Positions 9,934 through 24,678 are shown, numbered from the stretch's first letter. The stretch: 64,000 nt of DNA from Gekko japonicus (GCF_001447785.1 NW_015173124.1:269845-333844); one strand, 5' to 3'. Notes: a model not told the origin generated them from the letters alone. Program-made: numbers and translations.

Positions 9934-12900
9934 TCAACAATTTCTTTCTTTTTCCCGGCTCAGCTTCTCCACCTCTTTCATGAACCGGAGGCACAGCTCA
10001 TCCTGCCAGGGTAAAGCCACACACTGGACAGCCACAGGGAGTCCTATGGCTCCTTCTACTGCCTGTAAGGAGAGAAGGGGGGGAGAAGTTTTCGTATCGA
10101 GTGTCAACACAAGGTTGCCAGCAGGTGACATTGCCAAGAAGGCCAGGCTATGTACCTTCACAAAGGTCCTGTCCCACATATCATTGTAGTGGCCTCTGAG
10201 AGTTTTCAGATCGTCCTCATCCTTTTCTGTCACTGTTGTGACCGGTACCACTCCAGCAGGGCAGTCCAAGACATTATACAAGACGGTGTAACTTGCTCCC
10301 ACTGTGTAGATATAAAAAAAGAGAGAGAGAGACCCCACACATTGCAACCAGCAGCTCCAGCTAAGAGAAGGAACATTTGGAGAATGTTACGATTAATGCA
10401 GTGCATTTACAGCAGGCAGCTTTGCAATGTAAATCTCACAAATCATCATTACAAACCCTAGGAGACAAACGGTTATCCTGTTTTTAGAAAAAGAGATAAG
10501 GAGGAACCTGAGTGTAGATAAACAAAGAAATACAGTGCCACAGCAAATACTGTATGTTAAAAATGCTTACTAAGAACATAAGAGAAGCCAATGTTGGATC
10601 AGGCCAATGGCCCATTCAGTCCAACACTCTGTCACACAGAGGCCAAAAATACCAGGTGCCATCAAGAGGTCCAGCAGTGGGGCCAGGACACTAGAAGCCC
10701 TCCCACTGTTGCCCCCCCCCCAGCACCAAGAAAATACTATTACAATATGAAGACTGACTGGTTTTGATGCTAGTGTTTACCCCAGGCATGAGCTGCTCCT
10801 AGGAAAAACTAACAGTGTTAAAAATCATATTCCCTGTGGTTTATGCTGTACACATTTGTCCTATTCCATCCAAAGCCTAATGCATAAATACTAGCATGCA
10901 GTTAAAAATATAGCTGGATGTAATGGTTTCCCCTTTGTAAGTTTTAGAAGAACTAAGAACGTTGACAATGAAAGGAGAATTGGTCTTCAGTCATCATAAA
11001 TGTGGGGGATGTTCCCTGATTGAGAAGCCTGAATATATGTTTGAAAGAAGTGTCTCTGCTGTTGTTGATTCCTGTCTCTATACAATACAGGCAAGGCTCT
11101 TTTAAACTTCTAGTGACTTTTGTTACTCCCTTCAGGCTGGGTGTAAATAAAGAATGTCTAAATTGTGTATCAGCATTAAAGGGATAGGATTATTAAATTA
11201 CAAGAAAATGTTTCATACTGCAGCTATATTAAATAAGGCTCTGCAGAGTTCTTTCTTTAATTATATTTGAAAAATTTCAAAAACATCTAGCTGTAATGTC
11301 CTTTGTTACTGACTGTAGTGAATATATTGATCTTTACAAGAGTTTAGAACAACATTTTTGTATACTTAGTATCTAAATACTGAAGAAGAATCCCTTGAAC
11401 AGGATTACATCCCGATTCCTGTCTTGAACTTGAATTGCATTTGAATACGAATTGTCATTCCTCAGTCATTGTCTTCTTTGAACTATATTCTAGTTATTGT
11501 ATATTATTCTGCAAGTATTTCAATAATCATTCTTAACATATTCCCATTTTAGAGACAGAAAAATTGAACTTTACCTCAAACAGTCATGTGGGCTACTTCA
11601 TACATGGGACCATGTAAATCTCAATGCCAGTATCAGCAGCCTTCAACACAACACAGTGATGGGGTTGACTTTCCACAAGATCAGACTGAATTGAATGGGA
11701 GGCCATTTAACAAATGCTATGACTCCCCTGTGGCACACCTTTCACACTGAGAGGATTGCCAGTAATGCCACACACCACCTGCACCACAGAAGCAGCCACT
11801 GAGATAATTTATGAAAAATGAACAAGACAACAAGAGAAAGTCTGAACTACTGGTGTCCCAGGTTCACATCAAGCACATAGCTACCCAGCTATTCAGTCTC
11901 GTAGATCCCTTTGCTCTCCCAAGAAGAGTTAGAGAGTTATGAGAGCTTCAAAGCAAAAGCTGGGATGGGAGAACTTTTCTTCCAAACCAAACTGCACTTT
12001 TCCCACTGACAATACAGTCTCAAAAACTCATTGATGAACTACATCTTATTAGCATTGCTGGCTGCGATCCAGCAAGAAAAGAAAAGCAGGCTCCATCGCA
12101 CAGTCTGTGAGACAGGAGAGCTGAGTCAGCTACATTCATAACAAATCTCATGGGAAAATGCCCAAGAACTTCTGTTATCAGTTATCCAATGTTTAAACAT
12201 CTCTGAATCATTAGAGAATGGGCCCAGTTCTGGACCTTGGACTATCTCACAGAAAAACAAGAAATCAGCTTTTCTTGGGCTCATTTTCTGAGGGATCTGC
12301 ATTTTATGCTGATGATACCTTCAAACTCTGGAGGCCACAAGCCTGAGGAACTCACTCTCTAGGGACTCAGATGAACTCCTGCTCACTAACTTAGGTCAGT
12401 CAATAAATTTCTTCTGACTGTTCCATCCGTTTGTCAAATGCAATTGACTTCTATAGGGAATAATCATTTACTGTGATGATGGCCCCCATTCTGAAGAGGG
12501 GAAAATATAAAAGCCCATTGCAATGCATTTTGCGCCCCCCCCCCCACAATCGCTCACATCTTCCATGGCGACTTAGATTCCACAGTTGGTGCAGTTTAGT
12601 CTCCAGATGCCAGTGGAATGCAGTGTGGCCTTAGGTATATGGATGACTTTCAGTTGGTGGGGCCTGAAGTGGACAAGCTAGTCAAAAGAGTATGGTGCTC
12701 CACTTCTAGATGCATCCTTGCCCTCTGTGGCTGTTGGTATCAAGCAAGGCTGGACTGGTCATCTGGGTACAGGAGGTAATAAACACCCCTTTGTGGAAGG
12801 GCGTTGTTCTGACCACCTTGAAAGAGGCCACCGTGTGATCCCTCCTGACGAAGGCCACACTGCATTCCACTGACAACTGACCAGTGGCCAACATTCCATT

Positions 12901-15900
12901 TTGGGCAATGTGTTTGAGAGGGTGGTGGCCATGCAGCTTCAAGGAGGAGATGGATTATCAAAGACCCATTTCATTCTGGATTCAGGCCTGGAGGTAGGAT
13001 AGAAATGTCCTTGGTTGGCCTGACGGATGACCTTTGCTGGGAAATCGATGAGGAAATACATCCAAGTTTATTCTCTTGGACCTCTCTGCAGTGTTTGATA
13101 CCAGTGACCGTGGAGTCCTTCTGGAGAGGCTGGTTGAGTTGGGAGTGGGAGTTACCATGCTTTGGTGGTTCCATTCTTACTTGACCAATCAGTTCCAGAA
13201 AGTGGTTCTGAGGGACTACTGCTCAGCCCCATGGCACTTACATTAAGGGGTCTCAAAGTGTTCTATCTTGTCTCCCATGCTGTTTAACATCTATATGAAA
13301 CCTCTGGAAGAGATCATCGGGAATTCAGAATCAGGTGCCACCAGATATGGATGTCACCCAACTCTGTTTCTCCTTAACAGCCGAATCAGGTCGGTCTGCT
13401 TAGAGATGGTAATGGGATGGATGAGGGCCAATAAACTGAAGCTCAATCCAGATAAGACTGAGGTGCTGCTGGTCAGTGACAAAGCTGCTCGAGGACTGTG
13501 GAGCCAGCTGGTTCTGGAGGGGGCTGCCCTCCCTCTGAAGGATAAGGTTGGTAACTTGAGAGTACTGCTGGATCCAGGCCTACCATTGAAGGGCCAGATC
13601 TCCTCTGTGGAATGTAGTGCCTTTTATCAGCTTTGACTGATATACCAGCTATGGCCATTCCTCAAAAAGCATGAACTGGCCATGGTAATCCATAGTCTGA
13701 TTACACCCAGGTTAGATTACTGTAAAGTATTAAAGATTACTGCCTTTGAAAATAGTCTAGAAATGACAGCTCATCCAAAATGCAGCAGCTAGGTTACTGT
13801 CAGGGGCAGGATACAAAGATCGTATCACCCCAGTGATAAAAGATCTGCACTAGCTGCCCAGGCAAAATTCAAATTGCTAGTTCCTAAATGGCTTGGGGCC
13901 AGGGTACTTGAAGGACTGCCTCCTCCTCCCCCCGTACGGGTCAGCCTTTATGATCTGCCTCACAAGCCCTGTTCTTGGTGCCCTGCCTTCAAAAGTGAGG
14001 CAGGTGTGGCAACCAGAGACAGGACTTTTTTCCATAGTGGCACCTTGTTTGTGGAATGCCCTCCCCCTTGCTTTCTTTTAGGCACCAGAAAAAAGCCATC
14101 TTTGTTCACCCAGGTTTTTAATTAAGGGGTTGATTTTTAAAAAATATTATTTTAGTCTGAAAATTTATTTTAAGCTGTCTGTGGTCTGTTTTATGGTCTA
14201 TGATTTTTATACTAGGCTGGGTTTCTTCCATAAAGCTGGGTTTTAATTAATAATCTTAATGTTTATTTTATTAGTTTTATTTTTGTAAGCTCTCATGGGC
14301 AGATTTCTGGAGAGGTGGCATGAAAATTTTCTGAATGCTGTGGAGGTACTCTACCAGTTTGATTTTTCCATTAAGTACCTGAAAGTTTCCCTGGAAACCC
14401 AATCTTAAAAGCAGGACCCAGGGCAGGACAAAGCATCACATCTAGACGGAGTCTCTTCCATTTAGCAATGAATTCGTGGCAGTATTCCTAAAATAGGGAA
14501 AGCACAGGACAAGCATTCTTCAGCATGTCAGGCAGCAAACAAGAACATATCTGGGGCAAGCAGCATGGCTCTTCTCCAATGCCAACAAAGGAAATTAGAT
14601 TTTCTACAGCCATCAAATTGAACAAGTGCATAAAATAAAGATGACCTAAGTCAAAATCTAGAAGACGAAAGTCATTTGCAAGTATGAAGTTACAGAATTT
14701 AACAGAGAGTATGGGGGTCCCCGGTTCCCCTTTCGGAGTCATTTTCGGCTGGGTAGGGGAGAGATGGAGAAGCTGTCTCTGATGACAAAAATCCAGAGAT
14801 TTTGGTGCAATCCAAGTTAAACTAAATAGGAGAAGAAAGCTGGTATTAAAACAGTGTTGGGACTGGATGTCATTTGAGGCATACCTATTGGCAACAACTG
14901 TATGGATGTTTTCCTATGAAAGCTTTAAACCAGTCACTGGGAAGGTTTGTGTTACAACTTCAAATAAACAGATAATGGTGTTCTCAGCTGTGTTCCAAAA
15001 GTCATGGCCTGTGTGTCCCTGGCCTGATGAACAGACACACCGGTGGAGTCCAGAGGGCAGGATTTTCTAAATTAGTTATTGCAATAAACAGGAGATACAG
15101 TACATAGCACCTAAGCACCCGTAATTCTAAGCTGCTCTCTGCTGAAAACAGGAAAAGCAGAGCGTTTTATACCCAAAATGACACAGGTACGGTTTACAGC
15201 CCCAGGGAAATATCATTGGTTACAGGTACATCGGCGTAAGTTGAATTGGCAGAAATCCATTGGTGAACCCCAATTTGGGGTTCAGTTACATTCATTTACA
15301 TTGTTTATTTGACAAGGAACACAGAGGTCTTCATCTGGAGATTCTCAAGGACTCTACATATGTATGCAGAGGAAGCATCATCAATAAGAGGTGTGAATCA
15401 TGTCCTGATGTTTTGGGTGCCCCTCTGTAGGATGCAGGGCCTGCTTTCTTGTTATTCCAATGCAGGGGTGTTGGGCAATAAATCTCTTTCCAGAGATACA
15501 ATGCAAAGACATCTACAGATGGCCAAAATGCTTTCGGCCTTCCTTTGGAGCAGAGTTTATCCAGTGTTAAAACTGATGGGGTGACTATTGCATAGATGCA
15601 GAGAAAAACAAAAGAGGATTTCTTTAATCTATTTAACCTCTATGAACCTGACCTATATTGTGGCCTACTAAGGGAAATCACACCATCAGGCAATAGACAG
15701 AATCTATAAATTCATTACTAACATGGATAAATCAGACTACTACGACTTATGCTAAATTATGTTTTCCCTAAATAAAATCATAACTTGGTCCCTGTCCCAC
15801 AGTTGTGCCTGGAATATCTGTGGTCTGATGCTGGTAAAGGTTATACTAGCATTTCCAGCACATTTTACTGGGCATTACACAGCAAAGAAGACATTTTAAA

Positions 15901-18900
15901 AAAAAATTACCTCAATTTCAGTGTGAAATTTCCAAAGCTGATTGACAGACCTGAAATGTCAAGGGGGAAAAAAGGTGAATAGGATATTTCTGCAGAGATG
16001 CTGCTTTCAAGTTCATATTTACAGTTGGAATGAAGCTACTGAGGAACTTGGGAAATGCATGTTCCCAAGCTAGCATTTGCAGAGTTGTGGGAGCTGAACT
16101 AACGGAGCATCATCGAACAGGGAAGTGGGGTGCTTAACTCACCTGCTTGCAGATTCTGCCTACAATCACTCCTCCCCTTCCCCCCCCCAGCAGTTCCTCC
16201 CCCCAGCCTTTGGTTCCAATTCTGTAGGGGGGGGATGGGGAAAAACAACTCAAAAGGACCTAGGTGGGAACAGGTTTAACAATCCTCTGCCCCCACTGAT
16301 TCCCTCTTGCAAAAGCCACACCCACTGGACTGGGATCCTATGTTTCACTTGAACCTTCACTGAAAAGACTTACGAGGGTATTCAGGTGCCTGGTTGGACA
16401 CAAACTATGCTCCATCATTGCTTATTTAAAAGCACATCATTGAAGGCTGCTAAGCCTGCCCCACTGCCACCCCTCCTACCCTCTCCTCTCCCATACTCAT
16501 GCGTTTAAAACAAGTGATTTTCCCCACATGGTGGTTCTGCGGTGGTAAAACTGCACAAAAGCTTCTGCCACATGCCTACCTGAACCCTACAACTGACTCA
16601 GGCATTATTAGTAAGTGGCTTTGTCAGACAAAAATGAAATACCACCATAGAATATTTCAGGTTGTCATCTCTTATCCTGGGCATGCACATTTACGTCTCC
16701 TGCTACTCCCAGGTTACTTCTTCCACCCCCATCCTGGAAAAACAGCTTTGTGGCACGTTCTGAGACCAGCTCGCCACAGCATGGGAGGGGAGGGGAGGGG
16801 CAGTCAAAAAGGACCAGGCAGGGAACTGGCTGGAGGAGCGATGTCTGCCTTCTGTCCTCCCACATTAGACTGAAAGACACACATCCAATGCAAGACGCAG
16901 AATTCTAAGAATTATGGCCTCGGGTCTCCAGCACATCACTCCTTACTTCTCCTTCATGCTCCTCAGGACTTTTGACAGACGAGGACTCTAAGAAACAAAC
17001 GGAATTGATAAAAGTTTCCACACTCTGTTTTAAATTAAAAAACAAATATTGCAAAATTTTAAGTTTAAATAGGAATGTACCTTGCTAGGACAGGCACTGC
17101 AAGTCATGACTCTCCTGCCCTAAATCCCCAGTAATTTACCCTAGTTCAGTTATCCTGATACAGTTTACTGCAAATTATGACATACTATTCAGACCTAATT
17201 AATTAATCAACATAACAAGGAAGTGTAGAATCTTGCCTTGAAATTGGCAAGAGCCAAAGATTCTCAGGAATCCACTGGCACAGAATAGATCTAGCCTAAA
17301 CCATGAGTTAAAGGATTTGCCCCCATTCAAACCCTAGGAACATGACCATGGAGTAAATGCTAGAAGTCATCAGAAGTTAATCCACTAATTGCCTTAGAGA
17401 ATAAGAATGGAAGTAGGTAAGATAACAGTGAGAACTCTGATTGGAAAGCAATGTGCAGTGCTTTAACATACAGGAGGCTCTTCTGGCAGAATGCCATGGT
17501 TAATCTAGTTCTCATTGATAGCTATATAACAGAAGGAACATATTACAGCAAGCTTCTCTGGCCACATCAGGAAGTTTAATATCCCCCTGAAAAACTCAGG
17601 TAGCACAAAGAGATGATTTTGCTATAATCATGAAGCATTGGGTTAAGAATCATCTTATTTATTCCAATTTTTCCCATGTATCCAGGGTAAATGATGGATG
17701 GGTCCCACTGTAAAAAATATCTGAGAATAAAAATTCAGAGGAGGCCTTTACTCTTCCTGTGCTGCCAGTCAAGCAAGCAATCAGATACATTTTCAAGATG
17801 CTTGGCATTTTCTTTTATTTAAAGACACAAACAAAAAGGACCACAGGCTGCCTTGTTGGGGAAATGAGAATTGGATTTGCAGCTAAGTGTACATGACATT
17901 AGGGAGCAAAGGGTGGGGAAAGATGAAAACCCATCTGCAGGATAGCAGTACACATCCTAAGGCACATACCCCGCCTTGAGTGTAGTTCAGCTATTCCCAG
18001 TTCAAACAGCACAAACACACCATGTGGCATTTGAGATCCTTTAACTGAAAATGCCATAAAGTGAGCCTGGAACCTACTGTATGTCAAACATGTGCTCTAA
18101 CACTGAGGCATAATCGTACAGAAGCACTCTGTACCCCCTGTACCCTCAAAATGTTCAACTATTATTCAAGTTCTCAAAAAAGTATCCTATTCTACTATAC
18201 TGTCTGCCAGTTTGACATTGGCAGTATTCTGTCTTGAAGCACACTGTAGTTGGTTCCCATCAGTCATTGCCAGGAATAGTCCTCAAGTGCACTTAAAGGA
18301 AACACTTGGCACAATCACCAAGGGGATGCCTTGGCTGCTGACCAGCAGTCTCCCTTCCAGCTCCAAACAAGAGGGGACAAAGCAAAAAAAAACAGGTGCC
18401 TGGTTCAGTCTTGAGCGAAGACCTACCAATCCTGCAAGCAGGTTGCAATAGAGGGTAGCTGTCCTGCACTCCTGATGCCATGTTATTCTCTTGCCACCCC
18501 ACCCACCCTCCCCACTTTCACCATGAATAATTGCACAGCCTTCCCTTGCAGTTTCTTAGGCCACCCAAACAATCATTCCAAGAAGACCTTTGTAATTTCA
18601 CCTAGTATTCAACTCATTTAAATAAAATAAAAGCCTTATTCTTTGCTCTCCAACTCAAAGAGATTTCATATAGAAAATTGACTTTCTCTTGGATTTAGCA
18701 GCCATTTTTTACACCAAGTGGGTAGAATCCCTTCGAGATGGGAGAGGAAGTGAGTTATTGACAAGTATCACTGACATCTCCTATAATCCTTAAGGGAACT
18801 GCACACTAGAATTGTTTCCAGTTTAACAGCTCTTCTGTCTCAAAAAGAATTAGCAGAACTTTGCAGTCATCACAACCACTAGTTGCTGTTATTCCAGAAA

Positions 18901-21900
18901 GAACACCAAGAGGCAAGCCTTACTATTGCTCTGCTGATCCAGGATAAGAGTCTTCTTAACCAACCAGGTAACTTTGCCAAAAGCAACAATTCCTTTAAGT
19001 TGGGATCCACAGGCTCCCCTTGGCTGAAAGGTGAGAAGACAAGACCAGTAAGTTTCACAGTGCCTTTTATGTTCTTAACCCTTCAGCCTTTCTCCCCTTG
19101 AAGTTGCCATCAAACATCAGCCTGCTGTCCCTGAGAAAGGAGGGTAGGAAGGCAATTCCATAAGGGCATTGTGTTGCATCCTATGGGCCTTTTTGCCAGA
19201 GGAACAACAGAAGCTTACACAGCACTCATAAGAAGGAAATGTCAAACGTTTCATACAATTCTGTTTCATGTGCAGCAGCACACAGCGACATTCTGTCCTG
19301 CTGCTTAAGCTAATTCACAGGCTTAAGGTTTCCAGTTTGATGGTCTTTCAGCGCTGGGAGACTATTCTGCTCTCTTCTGCACACGCACGCACACACACAC
19401 ACACAGATTTTAAAGACTTTCAAGCTTTCTAGAAAGGTGGCACCACCATCCGCAAACAACCCTGCTGGAACAATAGTAGTCATAAAATGTTCTATTTTCA
19501 AGGGCTTGAAGGGCACCAGCTAAAAAAAATAATTAAAAAATAGTATCAGAATTAGTCTCACTCTTATTCCCTCTGAGCACACAGTCTAATTGGCCACAAA
19601 TAGCTCCAGAGGATTCCAGGAAGCAAAGGCACAGGCTAAGGAAAATCACTAAACCTCCTGAAGTGATGCAGGACTCTCTTTTTTAGATAGGCAATTCTGA
19701 AGAACATCTGTTCTTTGCTACAGTGATTGTCTTGCCCTCCTGATAGCAACAGAGAAGCCACTGAAAGATGGAGGAGGAGACACACCACATGGCCAGCCTT
19801 CTCCAGAAGATGCTTGGTTTCCAGAACAGCCCGCTTCATGGAAGGGCTTGGCATGGTAAAGGAATCAGTGGTATAGTATCCTATTCGGAGGGTCTGAGAG
19901 CTGGAATACACCTGGAACAATAAAAGAAGGGGAAAGAACAATTTAGAAATACTTTTTTCCTCCCAGAGCATTAATCACATTGGGCTCTTGAAAGGCCAAA
20001 ACACAGAAAGCATAATCCTAAAACCACTCTGCTGGGCACAACTGAATGGAGCATAGTAGAATTTTAAGTAGACCTGCTCAGGATTGCTCTCTAAATCAAA
20101 GTTTATTTACACTTCCAATTATTCCTCCTTCGGACAAGTGATTAAAAAAGTGGCTTTTCAATGTGCTTTGAGCAGCTCATACCCCCTCCTTACAGCAGCT
20201 GTTGCTGTGTAAGACCACCTGTAACTATAGCAAATTAATCCTTAAGCATCCATCTGCCAACTTGGATTACTGATGGAAAAATAGGCTGATACAATGTAAA
20301 AGAGATTCTCAGTTACATTGTCTTGTCTTCTAGACTCAGCTGATGCAGCTACACAGATCCATGCATTTGTAACCTCAAAACTTGACGTGTAACAGGAACA
20401 AGAAAAGTATGGACCTTTCTTTTAAAAGGACCATACATTTCCACCCCTGTACTGCATGAAAGCATCCCCTTTGCTAGATGACATCACAGTGAGGCTGATT
20501 ACCTGATCTTTAGAAATAACATTGAAAGTGACTGCCATGAAGAGAGTGAAGCCAGTGTGGGCTGCTAAGAATCACTGTAGAGAACCACTGCATCCAAACT
20601 ACATTCTAAGAAGGCACAAGCATACTGCACATCTGTTCCCCCTCCTGAGTTACCTGGATACAGAGTACTGTTTCAAAATACATCCTCTCAAGACCAAAAC
20701 CCATAGATGCACCCCGTCCTGCAACTCCAGCTGTTACCTTAAATATCCTGCTGCTTTATGGTGCTTACAATTCATCACTGGGTGAATGCTATTGCATTCT
20801 CAGTCCAACAAGCCTTGTTGTGGTAGTGCAAGGAGGAGAGAATGCACCCTACTAGCTTAAAAATATAGAAGGCATTTATTGCAGAATATTTCTCACAGAG
20901 CCATTGGGTGCAACTTGCTTTTGGCTCTGTGAACCCAACTACGGTAAGGGGAGACAAAGATTTCACGAACTGCTCCTAACTTCCACATGTCCCACTGACA
21001 GGAAACAGGTCTTGTTTACTCCCCTAAGCCATGCCCCCCCCCCAATCTCTCACCTCCTCACTGAAGGGAAGAGGAGCCACTGTGGGATCCAGCTGGAACA
21101 TTTTGTCACACAGGAGGGCTCTTAGGCACAGAACGAGACCATCAACATCCCTGGCCATTGGTCCTACTCCCACACTAACTGGAATCAAAAAGGGGAAGAA
21201 TGGAGGCATTGAAAATATGGTCGGCCACACCCCACATATATCTTGGGAAACAATGTGAGGAGGACATCTTTATCACAATCCCAGAAAGCGAATTATTAGC
21301 CTGTGATAGCAGTACTTCTGTGTGTGTGTGTGTGTGTATATAATTTTTAGATTTTTAAAATGTTTTATAAGTTGTCTCAAATAAATTTTATATAGTTGAA
21401 AGGTGGGATATAAATTCCATATGTACTATATTTACCCAAAAATAAGATGGCCCTGAATGCAAAACAATTCTCCCTAAAAAGATTATACACAAAAGGGTTT
21501 TTATTACCATAAATGACTGTATGCAAATTTAAGATGGTCCCCTCTCTTTCTTGACAGTACACGTGGAAAAAACCCATCTTTTTTATGTAAGCAGGCTAAT
21601 AAATAAAGTACATTATTAAACTTGCCCCCCATTATTAATACTCCTGCTATCTAAGTCACTTTGTACTCTCTTCCCTGCCTGAATTTCTTATTTTTAAATA
21701 ATTCAATTTAAAACTTTTGTATAAGACAGGTTATCCCCATCTATGCCATTATGTGCTCTTTGGAGGAAGATGGAAGACAGATTAGACCAATAAACTTGAA
21801 TGGATCCTGTCATTAGGATCCATCCAGGTAGGTAATTACAGAGATCAAAAATGCCACCCCGCCCATTCACTGTAAACTGACCCCTACTCCATCCAGGAAA

Positions 21901-24647
21901 ATGATATAACTCACCTGATTTTTGTCCACAAATGCTGGGTACAATCCCTCTTTTGCTGTAAAAAGACCACAAAGAATCTTAGCAAAGATCTCTGGGTTCC
22001 CAGTTCTCAACATCAGTGCTTGGGAAAGACCTCAAACTGGGACTCTACCCTCAGGTGCTGCACCATTAAGACCAGGAGCAAAAGCTAGCAGTATAAACAA
22101 ATATAGAAAGCTCAAACCTAGTTTTTTGTCCATATAACAATGCAACTTAGTGATTTTTGCTTCTTGGGTTACTAGAGCTACTTCTTGCACCATTCGTGAA
22201 GGTTTCTGCCCACATACTTACCCAAGGCATATTCCATGAAGGCCCTATGCCATTCCCAGAGACAGGTTTTAACAGGTGTTGAGTCCAAGTATCTTAGCCT
22301 ATGCAAGGTTTTTTAAGGATCTAACATGGCACACTACCTGATTCTGTTGCCTGTGGTTTTGAACCCACAAATTCCACAGAAAGCAGCTGGAATGCGGATG
22401 CTCCCTGCTACATCTGTGCCAATGCCAAGGATAGAGCCTCCATTTTTAATAAGGGCACCTTCCCCTCCTGAGGAACCACCAGGGGTTTTTGTGTGATCCA
22501 CAGGATGCACCGTCTGCCCAAAGATCAGATTGCTGCAGTCATAGCTGAAATGAGAGTATGAACGGAAGTTATTATTATTATAATTATTATTTACATTTTT
22601 ATCCCACCCTCCCCGCCATGGCAGGCTCAGGGCGGCTTACAATACAATACATACAAATAGATATATACATTAAAACTCCAACATATACTAAAAACAGAAT
22701 TAAGTTAAAATCACAGTGTATAAGACCAACCTACTCAAAACATAGATATAATAAAAGATGGCAGCATTCCCTGACATTTGAATTGTCGCCTACCCCTAAT
22801 TCAGGCTGTTGGTCATCAAGTTGGTGATGAAGTTGGTGGTAGGGCCAGGGTCATGATGTTAAAGGCGGCCCCCTAGTTGAAAGCCTGGTGGAAGAGCTCT
22901 GTTTTACAGGCCCTGCCTAAGGGGCCACCACCAACAATCAGTCAGGGCTATTTCATATGCTTTAACCCTCTAGACAGGAGTCTTACCTACCCAACCCTAC
23001 CCACGCTATGCTACCAACTAGTTGATCATGTCTTGTCTTCACGCCCCATGCTCCAATTCACTCTTTACCATCAGAAGTGGTAGGGAAAAGGGAGAAAAAG
23101 CATGCTGTTATTTCTAGAAAGCCACACAACATTTCCCAAAAAACCCCTTGGTCAACAGTTCTCAGACAGCCCTGGAACCAGTGTTCCCTCTAAGCTGAGT
23201 TAGTGTGAGCTAGCTCACAGTTTTTTAGCCTCCAGCTCACACATTTTTGTCTTGGCTCAGGAAGGATGGCTCCAGAGCAAACTAATTTATGCAGTAGCCA
23301 AATTGCTTGCTCACAACTTTAATGCCAGTAGCTCACAAAGTAGAATTTTTGCTCACAAGACTCCACAGCTTAGAGGGAGTATTGCCTGGAATATGTGCAA
23401 AGTGCCACTTGCCTCATCACTGAGTAATCAGACATCTCTCTCTCAAATTAAGGGAAATGGCTGCCAGGCCACCTTCTGTTTTCATGACCCCTGGGGCTCC
23501 TCTTACTTATAAATTAGATAGCTCTTAAGGAGCATAACACAAACCCTTCCATCCCCTATGAGAAAGAAACTGCTAACCATTCAAAAATATTTGTCCTTAG
23601 GCAAAAGTGGATAAATTACTGCACTGTTATTCAGATGATAGTTTCAGATTGGAGCTGGTTTCAGATTAGAGGAAGTTTTATGTTTAAGAATAAAAGAGCT
23701 AAACTAAACACATCTCATGATGTCTGAAGACAGCTAATGAAGACAAATGCCTAAGCATATAGACTATAGCAAAGAAGTTACAGGCTTACTTCATCAAAGA
23801 CTGACAAACGTTGGTTTTGACAAATGGAATTGCTCCCTGCTGTTTTAACACCTGGACTACAACAGCATCTACTGTTGCAGGTTTTTGGAGACGCTTCACC
23901 AAACCCAGTGTGGAATCATGGCCCTGGAGAGGGGCATAAAGAGAAATCCAGCTTTCCTACAGACATTTAGACCGATATCCCACAAGCGCTGCTCCACACT
24001 CGCTCTTCCCTTCCCCCCCCCCATGGTACCTGTCAATTTCACACAAGCTCCTGCTTAGCTGCATTTTGCCCCACAGCTTCATGTGATTTTCCCCACTTCT
24101 ACTCAAAATGTGGCAGCGCAGCCGCTTGTGTGAAATTGACAAGTACCATGGGGCAAAAGGGAAGAGCGAGCGTGGAGCTTGTGGGAAATCGGCCTTAGTA
24201 TCAGGCAACAATACTGGTACACCTGCTTCATTATGCATTCTTAGGAGATGTGTGATGTGTACCAGTATTATTGCCTGATACTAAGGCCGATTTCAGCAAT
24301 AACACTGCAGAGTAGGGAGACTTGGGTCCACCTAGAAAGCTGAGATGAACATCAGTTGGAACAGGCATAGCTACACTCTGAGTAGCTAAGCTCAGTGCAT
24401 TCATACAACTGTTGACTTTTTACAGAAGTACAGTAATTGGTCTTGTGAATACTTTGATATGTTGATATGTTGTAAGGTCAGATCAAATATGATGTGCAGA
24501 TCAGTGATCTTACAACAAGGTGCAACAGTCAATAGTAAATCGCAATCAATACACTCTTCTGGGTACAACCCACCCTTAAAAGAGTTCCTTGGGCTCGGGA
24601 TATGAAAAGGCAAAGTCTTGGTCATATAACTTGCTTTTTAAAATGTC

Positions 24648-24678
<31 letters not shown>

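Noticed and set aside
11580-12420. Stretch that may be a very old retroelement remnant
   Set aside because: No motif could be recovered with confidence by eye.
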